61,866 nt of DNA, from IMG/VR virus record IMGVR_UViG_3300050120_000077, positions 1 to 61,866 of that record. One strand, given 5' to 3'. The stretch is from a virus. The notes under the pieces are model-generated. The model did no database searches, was not told the origin of the DNA, and worked only from the letters and a program-made list of their open reading frames with translations. Numbering within the stretch: position 1 is the stretch's first letter; every line of letters begins with the position of its first letter. Of the stretch, positions 44,880 through 52,788 are shown one piece after another. A program made the translations under genes and the position numbers.

Positions 44880-45610
44880 GCAACAGGTGTCCCAAATTGT
44901 GCGAGGTCCGGCGGCGCTGATGCTGCGGCCTGGGCGGACGGTTGAGGTTGTTCGACGGGCGTGCCGAACGATGAAAGGTCGGGGGCAGTCGGAGGAGACT
45001 GCAAGGATGCTACGGGCATGCTCGAAGCATCCTCGGGGGATGCTACTGGCGTGCCGTAAGCTGAAAGGTCGGCCGGTTCGGCGGTGGCCGAAACTCCCGT
45101 TGCCGGGGTCGAAACGTCACCGCCGAACCGTGCCATGCGCTTCCCAATGTCCCCCATCACAGTTTCATTGAGGTTGCCGATCGTTCCGGCTCGCGCGAAA
45201 TGAGGGTTTAAGCTCATTTCCTGCTGGGTGAAGATCGCATCGACCGGAGTCGATGGGTCCATCTTCAACGTCCGCGCAGCTCGTGTGGCCCCGAAATGGT
45301 GGCCTAAATATGCTTCCTGATCGGTCGGATCGCGACCGAGCACCGATCGCATGCTCGAGCGTATGTCGGGCAGGGACCGCATCCAGCCCGCGGCCTGATC
45401 AGCAGGGTCGTCGCTCTCGCCAACGCCGTACTTGGCGCGCAGATCTCCGCGCATCTGGTAGATACCTTTGATGGTCTTGCTGGCGCGGGCCTGCGGATCG
45501 AACTTGGCATTCTCGCGTTCGGCTACCGCCATCGCGAAAGCCGGATCTTCACCGGCGTCGCGGGCCGCCTTGACGATGGCGTCCCTGACAGCCTGGGTGT
45601 CGCGGGCCAT
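44876..45610 (-). CDS. lytic transglycosylase (SLT)-domain protein with three C-terminal DL[SA]x[FY]GTPV motifs (244 aa)
   Basis: AVAERENAKFDPQARASKTIKGIYQM resembles the SLT catalytic-Glu region. The C-terminus carries DLSAYGTPV, DLSSFGTPV and DLAQFGTPVA. Confidence 0.6.
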   Translation of the reverse strand: MARDTQAVRDAIVKAARDAGEDPAFAMAVAERENAKFDPQARASKTIKGIYQMRGDLRAKYGVGESDDPADQAAGWMRSLPDIRSSMRSVLGRDPTDQEAYLGHHFGATRAARTLKMDPSTPVDAIFTQQEMSLNPHFARAGTIGNLNETVMGDIGKRMARFGGDVSTPATGVSATAEPADLSAYGTPVASPEDASSMPVASLQSPPTAPDLSSFGTPVEQPQPSAQAAASAPPDLAQFGTPVA

Positions 45611-45702
45611 CAGCGGTAGTCGAAATAGATGGCGACCGCGAGGATAGCAATAACGCCACAGACGGCATACCAGCCGAGGACGGCGTAATCATGCGGCGTC
45701 AC
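45610..45702 (-). CDS. single-pass membrane mini-protein (30 aa, VTPHDYAVLGWYAVCGVIAILAVAIYFDYR)
   Basis: GTGA overlap upstream and ATGA overlap downstream. Below the ORF-track length cut-off. Confidence 0.45.
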   Translation of the reverse strand: MTPHDYAVLGWYAVCGVIAILAVAIYFDYR

Positions 45703-45959
45703 GGGGTCGGCAATCCTGCCGAGGCGCGGACCAGCCATTGCCGAGCAAGCTCAAGCTGGATGATCGGGTCGTAGGCGCCGGTGTCCACGCCCCAGGCGAA
45801 GACGGTCGGATATTCCCGCTCGTGCGGCATGACGGCGAACAGGCCATCGACTTCGCCGTATTCACCGGCCTCAATGCGATCCGCGAGCGCGCGGAGCTGG
45901 GCTGGGATCTCGGCGAGGCTGGGGCCCTCGAAAATAGGAACGACCTTGAGGTCGGTCAT
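45699..45959 (-). CDS. hypothetical protein (86 aa)
   Basis: ORF coupled at both ends. Confidence 0.55.
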   Translation of the reverse strand: MTDLKVVPIFEGPSLAEIPAQLRALADRIEAGEYGEVDGLFAVMPHEREYPTVFAWGVDTGAYDPIIQLELARQWLVRASAGLPTP

Positions 45960-46489
45960 CAGTCGATGCCGAGATCATTGGAAAACTGTCCGACGTCGGA
46001 CAGGATGTCGTCGCCAGAAGCGTGGATCTTGTCGCCGAGCTTGCTGACGGCTTGGATGCCGGCGATCTCCTTGTCCATGCCGGACTGCACGTTCGCAATG
46101 CTGTCGTCGAGCAGCTTCGCCACCTTGGCGCGGTGATCGGCCATCATCTGCTTGAGGCGCTGGCCGACATTGCCTGTTCCTGTGACGCTCACGGGTGCGG
46201 TCTCCTTGGCTGGGGCTGCCGCGGCTACGGGCGCGGTCGGCGCCGCCGGCATCGGGGTTTCGATCTGCGCCGGTGCTGCTGGCGCTGCGGTGGCGGGCGC
46301 CGAGAGAGCGAGGCGGATGGCCGTCTCGATCTCGGTGTCGCCGGAGAAGGGGTCGAGGCCGATGGTCCGACCGTCGATTCCGAACACCATCCGGCCACCA
46401 ACGATCGCAACGGACAGTTGGTCGATGCCAGCGATGTCGGCGAGACGCGCCTTGATCGCATGGAGGTGGTCGGGATCGGCGGGAGCCAC
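45959..46489 (-). CDS. hypothetical protein (176 aa) with Ala/Pro linker
   Basis: ORF with good third-position GC. Confidence 0.6.
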   Translation of the reverse strand: MAPADPDHLHAIKARLADIAGIDQLSVAIVGGRMVFGIDGRTIGLDPFSGDTEIETAIRLALSAPATAAPAAPAQIETPMPAAPTAPVAAAAPAKETAPVSVTGTGNVGQRLKQMMADHRAKVAKLLDDSIANVQSGMDKEIAGIQAVSKLGDKIHASGDDILSDVGQFSNDLGID

Positions 46490-46492
46490 GGT

Positions 46493-46636
46493 CTACTTGA
46501 CCTTTTTCAGGTTCGGATTGGCCTTCTTCGCGGCCGGGCTGGCGTCGCGGCTCGACTTCGCGAGGATCGCGCCGGCTTCCTTTTTCGGGATGCCTTCGGA
46601 CTTGGCGATCTTACCTTCGACCTTCTTGAACGACAT
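46493..46636 (-). CDS. small Lys-rich protein (47 aa, MSFKKVEGKIAKSEG...)
   Basis: AGGAGG lies 7 nt upstream of ATG 46636. The ORF-track extension to 46708 runs into the tRNA and was trimmed. Confidence 0.5.
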   Translation of the reverse strand: MSFKKVEGKIAKSEGIPKKEAGAILAKSSRDASPAAKKANPNLKKVK

Positions 46637-46658
46637 TGTAGCCTCCTGTTGTGATGGG

Positions 46659-46733
46659 TGGAGCGGCCTGTCGGATTCGAACCGACGACATCCGGCTTGG
46701 AAGACCAACGCTCTACCTCTGAGCTAAGGCCGC
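46659..46733 (-). tRNA. tRNA-Gly (anticodon UCC), CCA encoded
   Basis: Hand-folded cloverleaf. Acceptor GCGGCCT/AGGCCGC, D arm GCTC-AGAGGTA-GAGC, anticodon loop CTTCCAA, T arm GTCGG-TTCGAAT-CCGAC, discriminator U, then CCA. The Gly identity pairs G1:C72, C2:G71 and G3:C70 are present. The anticodon stem has three G-U pairs. Confidence 0.8.
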
Positions 46734-46806
46734 GAACCGCTCCGTTTGATCGGCGTCCCGACCGGACGCGGGCCCGGTGGAGCGGAATTGGGGTGCAGAA
46801 ACGCGA

Positions 46807-46841
46807 AAGCCCGAGACCTGTACATCCGAGGTCTCGGGCTT
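46807..46841 (-). terminator. 12-bp stem hairpin, candidate terminator of the upstream small-gene block
   Basis: AAGCCCGAGACC / GGTCTCGGGCTT. On the minus strand it is followed by TCGCGTTTCTG. Confidence 0.5.
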
Positions 46842-46891
46842 CATGCGCTGGGTTATTCGGTGAGGTTCGAACGGTTTCTACTTGGCACCTC

Positions 46892-46912
46892 AGATAGGTT
46901 GTAACCCTATCT
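46892..46912. promoter_or_regulatory. AT-rich 7-bp perfect palindrome
   Basis: AGATAGG ttgtaac CCTATCT. Confidence 0.3.
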
Positions 46913-47013
46913 ATTAAGCCTCCGACCCGCTCGACGATTGGTGCCGGGCTTTGGTTCCGGCGGGAAGCATGTTGGCCTCCGAAGTAAGGGGGGAAACGAA
47001 TCACTCCCTTGTG

Positions 47014-47042
47014 AATAATTTGACACTACGGGCGAGAGTCAA
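47014..47042 (-). promoter_or_regulatory. weak candidate promoter for the tRNA and late block
   Basis: Minus strand: TTGACT (47042..47037), 17-nt spacer, ATTATT (47019..47014). The -10 is poor. Confidence 0.25.
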
Positions 47043-47069
47043 CAGGGGTCAAGTCCCTGCGCCGCAATA

Positions 47070-47417
47070 TCAACTGGCTGATTCAGCCGGTGACGCAGTT
47101 TGTGGAGCACTCCGAATCGGGAAAGCCAGCATCAGTTCGGCGTACCGCGCCGGGTGGGCGATGATGCGCCCTTGGATCCGGAATATCGCAGGCACTTTCC
47201 GAAACTCGCCGCCGAACCGCTTCATCAGCTTCTTGCGGACGCGCTTCGAGCGATGACGTGACGTCGGGAACAATCGCTCGGTCGTCTCAGCGAGTGCGTT
47301 GTGGTCCTTGATAATCCGCACGCCATCGAAGGGTAGCGGGTAGATCGGGCCGGACTTGGCTTCGATATCTCGTACCAATCGAGACGCCGCCATCAAGGAA
47401 TCGATCGTGAGGACCAT
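47070..47417 (-). CDS. hypothetical protein (115 aa)
   Basis: ORF with good third-position GC. Basic patch RHRSKRVRKKLMKR. Confidence 0.55.
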   Translation of the reverse strand: MVLTIDSLMAASRLVRDIEAKSGPIYPLPFDGVRIIKDHNALAETTERLFPTSRHRSKRVRKKLMKRFGGEFRKVPAIFRIQGRIIAHPARYAELMLAFPIRSAPQTASPAESAS

Positions 47418-47627
47418 TTACTTCTCCCTCGCGTGAGGCTGCCACACCCACGTCTTATCGTCAAAAACGTAGTCGCCACCCTTGGTGCCAGCCTGGGCGC
47501 CGGGGATCGCCTTCTTTGTTGCCGGGTCGATCATAACCGAAAAGACGGCCCTGGCATCGGCAAGGTGCTTCTGATGCCAAGGGCCGCCTTCGCAGAGGCC
47601 GTAGTAGATGCGCGGCCGATCGGTCAC
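47418..47627 (-). CDS. hypothetical protein (69 aa)
   Basis: ORF abutting its neighbours. Confidence 0.55.
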   Translation of the reverse strand: MTDRPRIYYGLCEGGPWHQKHLADARAVFSVMIDPATKKAIPGAQAGTKGGDYVFDDKTWVWQPHAREK

Positions 47628-47941
47628 GCGGTCGGCTTGGTCGGGTCAACGTCGGCACCGGTTTGCGCCGCCGGATCGAGAGCCGGTGCAGCTTTGGCGG
47701 CAGCAACCACATCGTCATGAGCGGCCTTCTCGCCCTTGACGTCGGCGAGCAGCTGCTTGCCTTCGGCGGTAGCGGCGTCCCAAAGGCGCTGACCGTCCGA
47801 TACCAACAGGACCTCGAAGTGGTGGAAATACGATAAGCCGCGGGCGAGCGGGCTGGACAGGTTCGGATGGGGCAGGGCAGCCGGAATGATGTGAGCGGGA
47901 ACGGCTGGCACAGATCCAGCGCCGGTAACTACTTCGGTCAT
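47624..47941 (-). CDS. hypothetical protein (105 aa)
   Basis: ATGA-type coupling downstream. Confidence 0.55.
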   Translation of the reverse strand: MTEVVTGAGSVPAVPAHIIPAALPHPNLSSPLARGLSYFHHFEVLLVSDGQRLWDAATAEGKQLLADVKGEKAAHDDVVAAAKAAPALDPAAQTGADVDPTKPTA

Positions 47942-47953
47942 GGGTGGTGGTCC

Positions 47954-48172
47954 TCAGGTTGCGGGTGCGTCGGCGACGCCCCAGGTGATAGTGATCTCGA
48001 AGCCAGAGTGGGCGCCATCAGCGCCGAGCACTCCGGTGGTGACGCTGCCGACATAGGTGAGGGCAGCAGGATCAACGCCTAGCTTCTCGGCAGCCGGCGC
48101 ACGACTGGCATCGATGCAAGCTCCGCCGACCGTCGGGTCGGTGAAGGTGGTGGTGATGGTCGTGGTGGGCAT
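47954..48172 (-). CDS. hypothetical Thr/Gly-rich protein (72 aa)
   Basis: Internal ATG 48172 was chosen because the upstream part of ORF 47954..48328 overlaps two other genes. Confidence 0.5.
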   Translation of the reverse strand: MPTTTITTTFTDPTVGGACIDASRAPAAEKLGVDPAALTYVGSVTTGVLGADGAHSGFEITITWGVADAPAT

Positions 48173-48174
48173 GA

Positions 48175-48276
48175 CTATCGGTCCTTCTTGGTTGCGGCAT
48201 AGATCGCGGTTGCGATAATCAGCACCACGGCGCCGAGCACCATGAGGGCGATGGCAACGTCGAACTCGCCCCTCAT
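48175..48276 (-). CDS. single-pass membrane mini-protein (33 aa, MRGEFDVAIALMVLGAVVLIIATAIYAATKKDR)
   Basis: ATGA overlap with the upstream stop. Below the ORF-track cut-off. Confidence 0.45.
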   Translation of the reverse strand: MRGEFDVAIALMVLGAVVLIIATAIYAATKKDR

Positions 48277-48686
48277 GGCTGACGTCCTTCCGGCTTGATG
48301 AACGCCGGCAGCGGGACAGGGCCGCCAAACACCAGGGCGCGCATGTCCTGCAAGTGATTGTTCATCGCTGCGACTTGCTCGGTAGTCTCAAGACGCCAGT
48401 TCTTTGGGCGCAGGCCGGCCGCCCAGGCTGCATCGAGCGCGCTTTGCAGGAAGGAGAGACCTTCCGGTCCCGAGATCGTCGGCTGGAGACAATGGGCCTC
48501 GAACTCCTCTGGCGGTTTCTTGAAGAACACTATCGGTTCGGCGACCGAGACAATCCGATCGCCATGGTCGAGCATGCAGATCAGCACATCCTGACCGCGC
48601 CGATAGAGCGTTTGATTGGTCAGGATCGTGAGACGGTCGCGGATGACGTCGCCGCTCGGTGCGACTGAGAAGGATGGATCAGTCAT
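48273..48686 (-). CDS. hypothetical protein (137 aa)
   Basis: ORF coupled at both ends. Confidence 0.55.
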   Translation of the reverse strand: MTDPSFSVAPSGDVIRDRLTILTNQTLYRRGQDVLICMLDHGDRIVSVAEPIVFFKKPPEEFEAHCLQPTISGPEGLSFLQSALDAAWAAGLRPKNWRLETTEQVAAMNNHLQDMRALVFGGPVPLPAFIKPEGRQP

Positions 48687-49036
48687 CGCAATTCTCCGGT
48701 CGAGCGCAGATGCGCTTCATCGCTGATGTTCTTCTGGCGGCGATACCAGCCGTGGCGCATCAGCATCTTCTCGGTGATCGGGATCGATCCGATGCTGCGA
48801 AGATTGTTGGCGCCACGAAAGCGCTTGAAGCTGAAGGACGAGCCCTGCGTCGCTGCCCGGTGCGCATCGCGCTTCTCGCACGAGCCGATCAACTGTCGGC
48901 GGCGCCGACCATACTTCCAGCCCTTGGTCGCATGCAGTTCGAAGGTCTCCTCGATGCCGAACGCCCGGTAGCCAAGGTCCGGATCACTGTGACGCTGGAC
49001 GGTGATGAACCGCTCAGTCTTGATGCCAACGATCAT
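48683..49036 (-). CDS. hypothetical basic protein (117 aa)
   Basis: ATGA overlap upstream. Confidence 0.55.
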   Translation of the reverse strand: MIVGIKTERFITVQRHSDPDLGYRAFGIEETFELHATKGWKYGRRRRQLIGSCEKRDAHRAATQGSSFSFKRFRGANNLRSIGSIPITEKMLMRHGWYRRQKNISDEAHLRSTGELR

Positions 49037-49203
49037 TTCTTCTTCCCCTTCTTCGCCCCGTGGATGGTGAAATTGGTGCCCGGCACGGTGCGGTCTTTGC
49101 CGGCGTACGGGATCAGCTTGCGCGGGCCTTTGGCCTTGCGCTCGCGCTCCTCGCGAAGCTCGCGCAGGCGCAGCTCATGAGGCCCGATTTTCTCGTGGCT
49201 CAT
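49033..49203 (-). CDS. hypothetical basic protein (56 aa)
   Basis: ATG 49203 is the first gene after the AT-rich integrase-proximal spacer. Confidence 0.45.
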   Translation of the reverse strand: MSHEKIGPHELRLRELREERERKAKGPRKLIPYAGKDRTVPGTNFTIHGAKKGKKK

Positions 49204-49257
49204 GGTGCGCACCGCGCTATAATAAAGGGTGGGACGAGGGGTGAACGCGCGATGAAC

Positions 49258-49279
49258 CAACGTCCAATGCAACGTCCAA
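49258..49279. repeat. direct repeat CAACGTCCAA x2 (third partial copy ACGTCCAACG at 49447..49456)
   Basis: Read directly in the AT-rich spacer next to int. A TTGACCT pair also occurs at 49402..49408 and 49416..49422. Confidence 0.6.
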
Positions 49280-49478
49280 CTCCGACCAAGTTCCGAAGGA
49301 GGATTTCATTGATTTTGCTGGGGAATTTCCGTCCGTATTGGATATATGGATCGGTCAATGAGAGCGCCGTGACCGGTAAAATAGTCTTGTAAATACAGGC
49401 TTTGACCTGTTCTAATTGACCTTTTCCGACTGCACGCTGCATTTTTACGTCCAACGAATCGTTCAACACTGGATTATA

Positions 49479-50789
49479 ATGACCGATCATTTGACAAAGC
49501 GAAATGGCGTTTGGCAGTTCGCGCGCCGAGTTCCCATTGAATTTTCGCATCTTGATACCCGTGGTGTGGTGAAGCACTCCACCAAGGTGAAGGTGAGCAA
49601 GGATATCCGCGGCGCGCGGGCAGCCCGTGTAGCCGAAGGCATGAACCGAGATCTGGAGGCTTACTGGCGTGGCCTCGTCGAAGGTAAAGCCCAGGAGGCG
49701 TCCGATCGCTACGATGAGGCGCGGCGTCGCGCGCGAGCGCTGGGGTTCGACTACACACAAACGCAGGAACTCGCCAGCCGTTCCACGCTCGAAGTGCTGG
49801 AGCGGCTTGAGAAGCTGGTGGCGAAGGGTGTGGTTGATGACAGGGGAGCGGCCGTGGCGCTCACGGGTGCCGAGAAGCGGCCGGTGGTGAAGCTGTCCGA
49901 GGTCTTCTCTCTCTTTGAGAAGCAGACCAAGAACGAGGTCAAGGACATGTCGCCGAACCAGCTCCATCGCTGGAAGAACGCCTACATGCTGGCGGTGACG
50001 GGCTTCATCTCCGTGGTCGGCGATAAGGGACTCGGCGAGCTGTCGCACACCGATGTGCTCGATTACGTGGACTGGCTCGGCGGTCGCGTCAACGAGGAGG
50101 AGATCGTCGCCAAGTCGGCCAACAAATACATCGGCCACGTCAGCAAGATGATTAAGGAGATCAACCGGAAGCTTCGGCTCGGGCTGCCGGACTTCTTTTC
50201 CGGCATGCTCCTGCAAGGCGTCGTGCACGAGTCCCGGCCACCATTCCCAATCGAGTTCGTGCAGAACCGTATCCTCGCCGATGGCGCTCTGATGGGTTTG
50301 AACGCCGAGGCCAGGGGCGCCGTGTTCGTGATCGCTGATACCGGTCTGCGGCTGTCGGAGACGCTCAACCTCAATGAGACCACCATCCACCTTGACTGCG
50401 ATATCCCGCACGTTGAGGTGTTGCCGGATGGTCGCCGCGTCAAAACCAAAGATTCGATCAGGGCGATTCCCTTGGTGGGCACCGCGCTGGCGGCTATGAG
50501 GATGTTCCCGAAGGGCTTCCCGCGGTACCTCGACAAAGCGTCCTCGTTCTCTGGCTACGTGAACGGCTATCTGCTCGACAATGATCTGCGGCCAACGCGC
50601 AAGCACAGCCTCTACTCGCTGCGGCACACATTCAAGGACCGGCTGATCGCGGCGAAGTGCCAAGATTCCATGATCGAGGCCCTGATGGGCCACAGCGATG
50701 ACCATCCCAAATACGGGAGCGGGCCTGCGCTCGATCTGAAATTCGAGGTGCTTCATGCGATTGCCTTCACGCCACCGGCGGTCCTGTAG
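49479..50789 (+). CDS. int: tyrosine recombinase / phage integrase (436 aa)
   Basis: Catalytic signature ADTGLRLSE (Arg), YSLRHTFKDRL (HxxR-type box II) and MGHSDDHPKYGSG (His...Tyr). It is the only plus-strand gene between 7.9 and 61.8 kb. Confidence 0.85.
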   Translation: MTDHLTKRNGVWQFARRVPIEFSHLDTRGVVKHSTKVKVSKDIRGARAARVAEGMNRDLEAYWRGLVEGKAQEASDRYDEARRRARALGFDYTQTQELASRSTLEVLERLEKLVAKGVVDDRGAAVALTGAEKRPVVKLSEVFSLFEKQTKNEVKDMSPNQLHRWKNAYMLAVTGFISVVGDKGLGELSHTDVLDYVDWLGGRVNEEEIVAKSANKYIGHVSKMIKEINRKLRLGLPDFFSGMLLQGVVHESRPPFPIEFVQNRILADGALMGLNAEARGAVFVIADTGLRLSETLNLNETTIHLDCDIPHVEVLPDGRRVKTKDSIRAIPLVGTALAAMRMFPKGFPRYLDKASSFSGYVNGYLLDNDLRPTRKHSLYSLRHTFKDRLIAAKCQDSMIEALMGHSDDHPKYGSGPALDLKFEVLHAIAFTPPAVL

Positions 50790-50971
50790 GCATCGAGCAG
50801 CTTCCGCGCCCGGCCTGCCGCGTCCTGGCTGGAGCGCATAGCCTCGGCCTCGCGCTCCAGCTTCTCGAAGATCGGGGCAAGATCCAGCCCGTGCCGCTCC
50901 ATGAGGTACGCAGTGACGACAAGTCCTCGCTCTATACGCTGGAGCGTTACAGGCTGGTGATCGGCCACCAT
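50753..50971 (-). CDS. hypothetical protein (72 aa), convergent with int
   Basis: ATG 50971 shares 1 nt with the upstream stop (TGATG). Confidence 0.45.
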   Translation of the reverse strand: MVADHQPVTLQRIERGLVVTAYLMERHGLDLAPIFEKLEREAEAMRSSQDAAGRARKLLDAYRTAGGVKAIA

Positions 50972-51150
50972 CAGACAGCCACCGGCAATTGTCCGGCGAG
51001 CGGCAGAACGCGCCACAGTAGCTCGGCTTGGTCCTCAGTTATGGCGTGCGTTTCCGTGCCCACCGTGAAGGTCACGCCGTCTTTCGACATTGAAACGCGA
51101 AGCGGGCGACGTCCGCTGCACGCCAGATCGACGATTTCCTGATCGGTCAC
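50971..51150 (-). CDS. hypothetical protein (59 aa, VTDQEIVDLACSGRRPLRVSMSKDGVTFTVGTETHAITEDQAELLWRV...)
   Basis: GTGA overlap upstream and TGATG overlap downstream. Below the ORF-track cut-off. Confidence 0.4.
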   Translation of the reverse strand: MTDQEIVDLACSGRRPLRVSMSKDGVTFTVGTETHAITEDQAELLWRVLPLAGQLPVAV

Positions 51151-51752
51151 CGTTTCCCCCTCCGGTTCGAGCGCGGAGCCTCGGTCACACCGAAGCCCTT
51201 GGCGACCATGCGGAGCACCACGGCGACGTTATCGCGGGTGGCAGCCGGCGGCTCGATGTCCGAGCAGCACAGGTCATCGAGGAGCGACTTGGCCTGCGAG
51301 CCGTAAGGCCCGAGGATCTTCATCAGCTTCTCGTATTCCTTCTTGGCGTGGCGGGCGGCATCCTCGTAGTCGTCGGTGGTGCCGTTGATCTCGTGGCGCT
51401 CCAACTCCTGATCGGTGCCGAAGGCGCGCTCGTAGCTCGGGCTCTTGGTGTTGCGCCGGGTGGTGGTGCAGAACTTTTCGAACCGGGCGAGGATCATGGC
51501 GTAGCGGCGGCCGGCCTCGAACTCCAGATCGGTCAGATGCGTCATGATCCGCATGCGCCCGAGCGCCGAGTTGGTTTCCTTGGCGATGATGCCGAGCTTC
51601 ACGAGATCGTCACCGTGATGCTGTATAGCTTTCCATATCTGGCGCCCGCGCGCCTTGGCGAGGTTTCGCTTCGTCTTGGCGCGCGGGTATTTGGTCACAG
51701 CAGACACGGATTTGATTTGTTCGTTCACTACGGTAGCCCCTGTGGTGTGCAT
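51147..51752 (-). CDS. hypothetical protein (201 aa)
   Basis: ATG 51752 was chosen as the first start after the upstream stop at 51784. Confidence 0.55.
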   Translation of the reverse strand: MHTTGATVVNEQIKSVSAVTKYPRAKTKRNLAKARGRQIWKAIQHHGDDLVKLGIIAKETNSALGRMRIMTHLTDLEFEAGRRYAMILARFEKFCTTTRRNTKSPSYERAFGTDQELERHEINGTTDDYEDAARHAKKEYEKLMKILGPYGSQAKSLLDDLCCSDIEPPAATRDNVAVVLRMVAKGFGVTEAPRSNRRGKR

Positions 51753-51783
51753 GTTGATTGGTCTGCCTTGGTGGTGGTGGTGG

Positions 51784-52476
51784 TTAGCGATTGACTGGAT
51801 CGCGGAAACCCTTGGCGTGGTAGCCAGCGGCATTGAGGGCATCGACGATCTTGCAGACGGTGAAGGAATTGAGGTTCCACACCTCGTCCGGTGCCAGCCC
51901 TCCGCGGCCCTGCTGCATCGCCATTTCGACCTCAGCGATGAAGCCGCAGACGATCTTTTGGTTGGTGACGCGGAGGTGCTCGCGGCGCTGGCGGCTGGTG
52001 GCCTCAAGCAAACCCCGCTGTTCCTCCATCCGGCCCGCGTGGACGGCCTCCCGCAGAACGCGCTCGACGTCGCCGCCGGTCTTCTTTCGAGCCTCGACCA
52101 TCAGCACGCGGGCAGTGACAGCCAAGCTATCGACGGGCGCCGATACGAGGTTCGCGCCATCCGCATCGGATGCACCGATCGCGGTGGTGGACCGCATCGG
52201 CTGCGCGTTGTCGGCGTACAGCGCCCTGTTGTGTGCCAAGTCTGCGACTTGCTCAGAACGGCGTGAGGTCTGCACCGGTGAAGTCCGCGCCTTGGCTGCC
52301 TTCCGGATAGGCGTCGTCGATCCATGAGCCTTCCGCTTCACCTTTCGAGATACCGACCGATTCCGCTTCTCGACCAGCGCCTGCGCTTTCTTCTCCCGCC
52401 GGGTCGCCCACGCCTTCTCCAGCACTGACGGGTCCCGCTTCCGTCCCCGTAGCTTCTCTCCGGTCTTGGTCGTCAT
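51784..52476 (-). CDS. hypothetical basic protein (230 aa)
   Basis: High third-position GC from ATG 52476. Lys/Arg-rich N-terminus. Confidence 0.6.
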   Translation of the reverse strand: MTTKTGEKLRGRKRDPSVLEKAWATRREKKAQALVEKRNRSVSRKVKRKAHGSTTPIRKAAKARTSPVQTSRRSEQVADLAHNRALYADNAQPMRSTTAIGASDADGANLVSAPVDSLAVTARVLMVEARKKTGGDVERVLREAVHAGRMEEQRGLLEATSRQRREHLRVTNQKIVCGFIAEVEMAMQQGRGGLAPDEVWNLNSFTVCKIVDALNAAGYHAKGFRDPVNR

Positions 52477-52678
52477 GGTCAGTCTCCGTGTTGTGCTCGA
52501 CCACCGTGGCCGGCAGATTCCGTTTCAAATAAATTTCGAGCCACTCGCTGCACGTCAGGCCGCAGCCCATCATCCGCGCACCAGGGCCACCACGCGCGCG
52601 CTCGGCGCGGTCCTTCTGCTCGCGTTCGTCGATGAAACGCTTGGCTTCGGCGGTGGCGGCGATGCGCGCGTAGCTCAT
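52253..52678 (-). CDS. hypothetical protein with acidic tail ending ADLTPF (141 aa)
   Basis: ATGA overlap upstream. The last 224 nt overlap 51784..52476 out of frame. Confidence 0.45.
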   Translation of the reverse strand: MSYARIAATAEAKRFIDEREQKDRAERARGGPGARMMGCGLTCSEWLEIYLKRNLPATVVEHNTETDHDDQDRREATGTEAGPVSAGEGVGDPAGEESAGAGREAESVGISKGEAEGSWIDDAYPEGSQGADFTGADLTPF

Positions 52679-52788
52679 CGAGCAGCCACCAAGACGCGCC
52701 ACACAGCCTCATTGACGTACACGCCGGGCGCGATGGCGATCATCGTCGCGCCATCCGTCGATCGGATGTAGGGCTCGGTGCTGTTCAT
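52675..52788 (-). CDS. hypothetical mini-protein (37 aa)
   Basis: ATGA overlaps at both ends. Confidence 0.4.
   Translation of the reverse strand: MNSTEPYIRSTDGATMIAIAPGVYVNEAVWRVLVAAR

Noticed and set aside
46637-46708. N-terminal extension of ORF 46493..46708.
   Set aside because: The extension is the antisense reading of the tRNA gene. A strong AGGAGG precedes the internal ATG at 46636.
46861-46885. GGTTCGAAC, a T-loop-like sequence suggesting a second tRNA.
   Set aside because: The flanking bases do not form a T stem or an acceptor stem on either strand.
49200-50756. 518-aa minus-strand ORF covering the integrase locus.
   Set aside because: It is the antisense shadow of the plus-strand integrase, which carries the full tyrosine-recombinase signature. 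The minus product is Arg/His/Leu-rich with no motifs.
52101-52325. 74-aa minus-strand ORF in the third frame of the dual-coding region, with the highest local third-position GC.
   Set aside because: It is Arg/Pro-rich with no start context or coupling. The high GC at that position equals first-position GC of the overlapping basic-protein gene.
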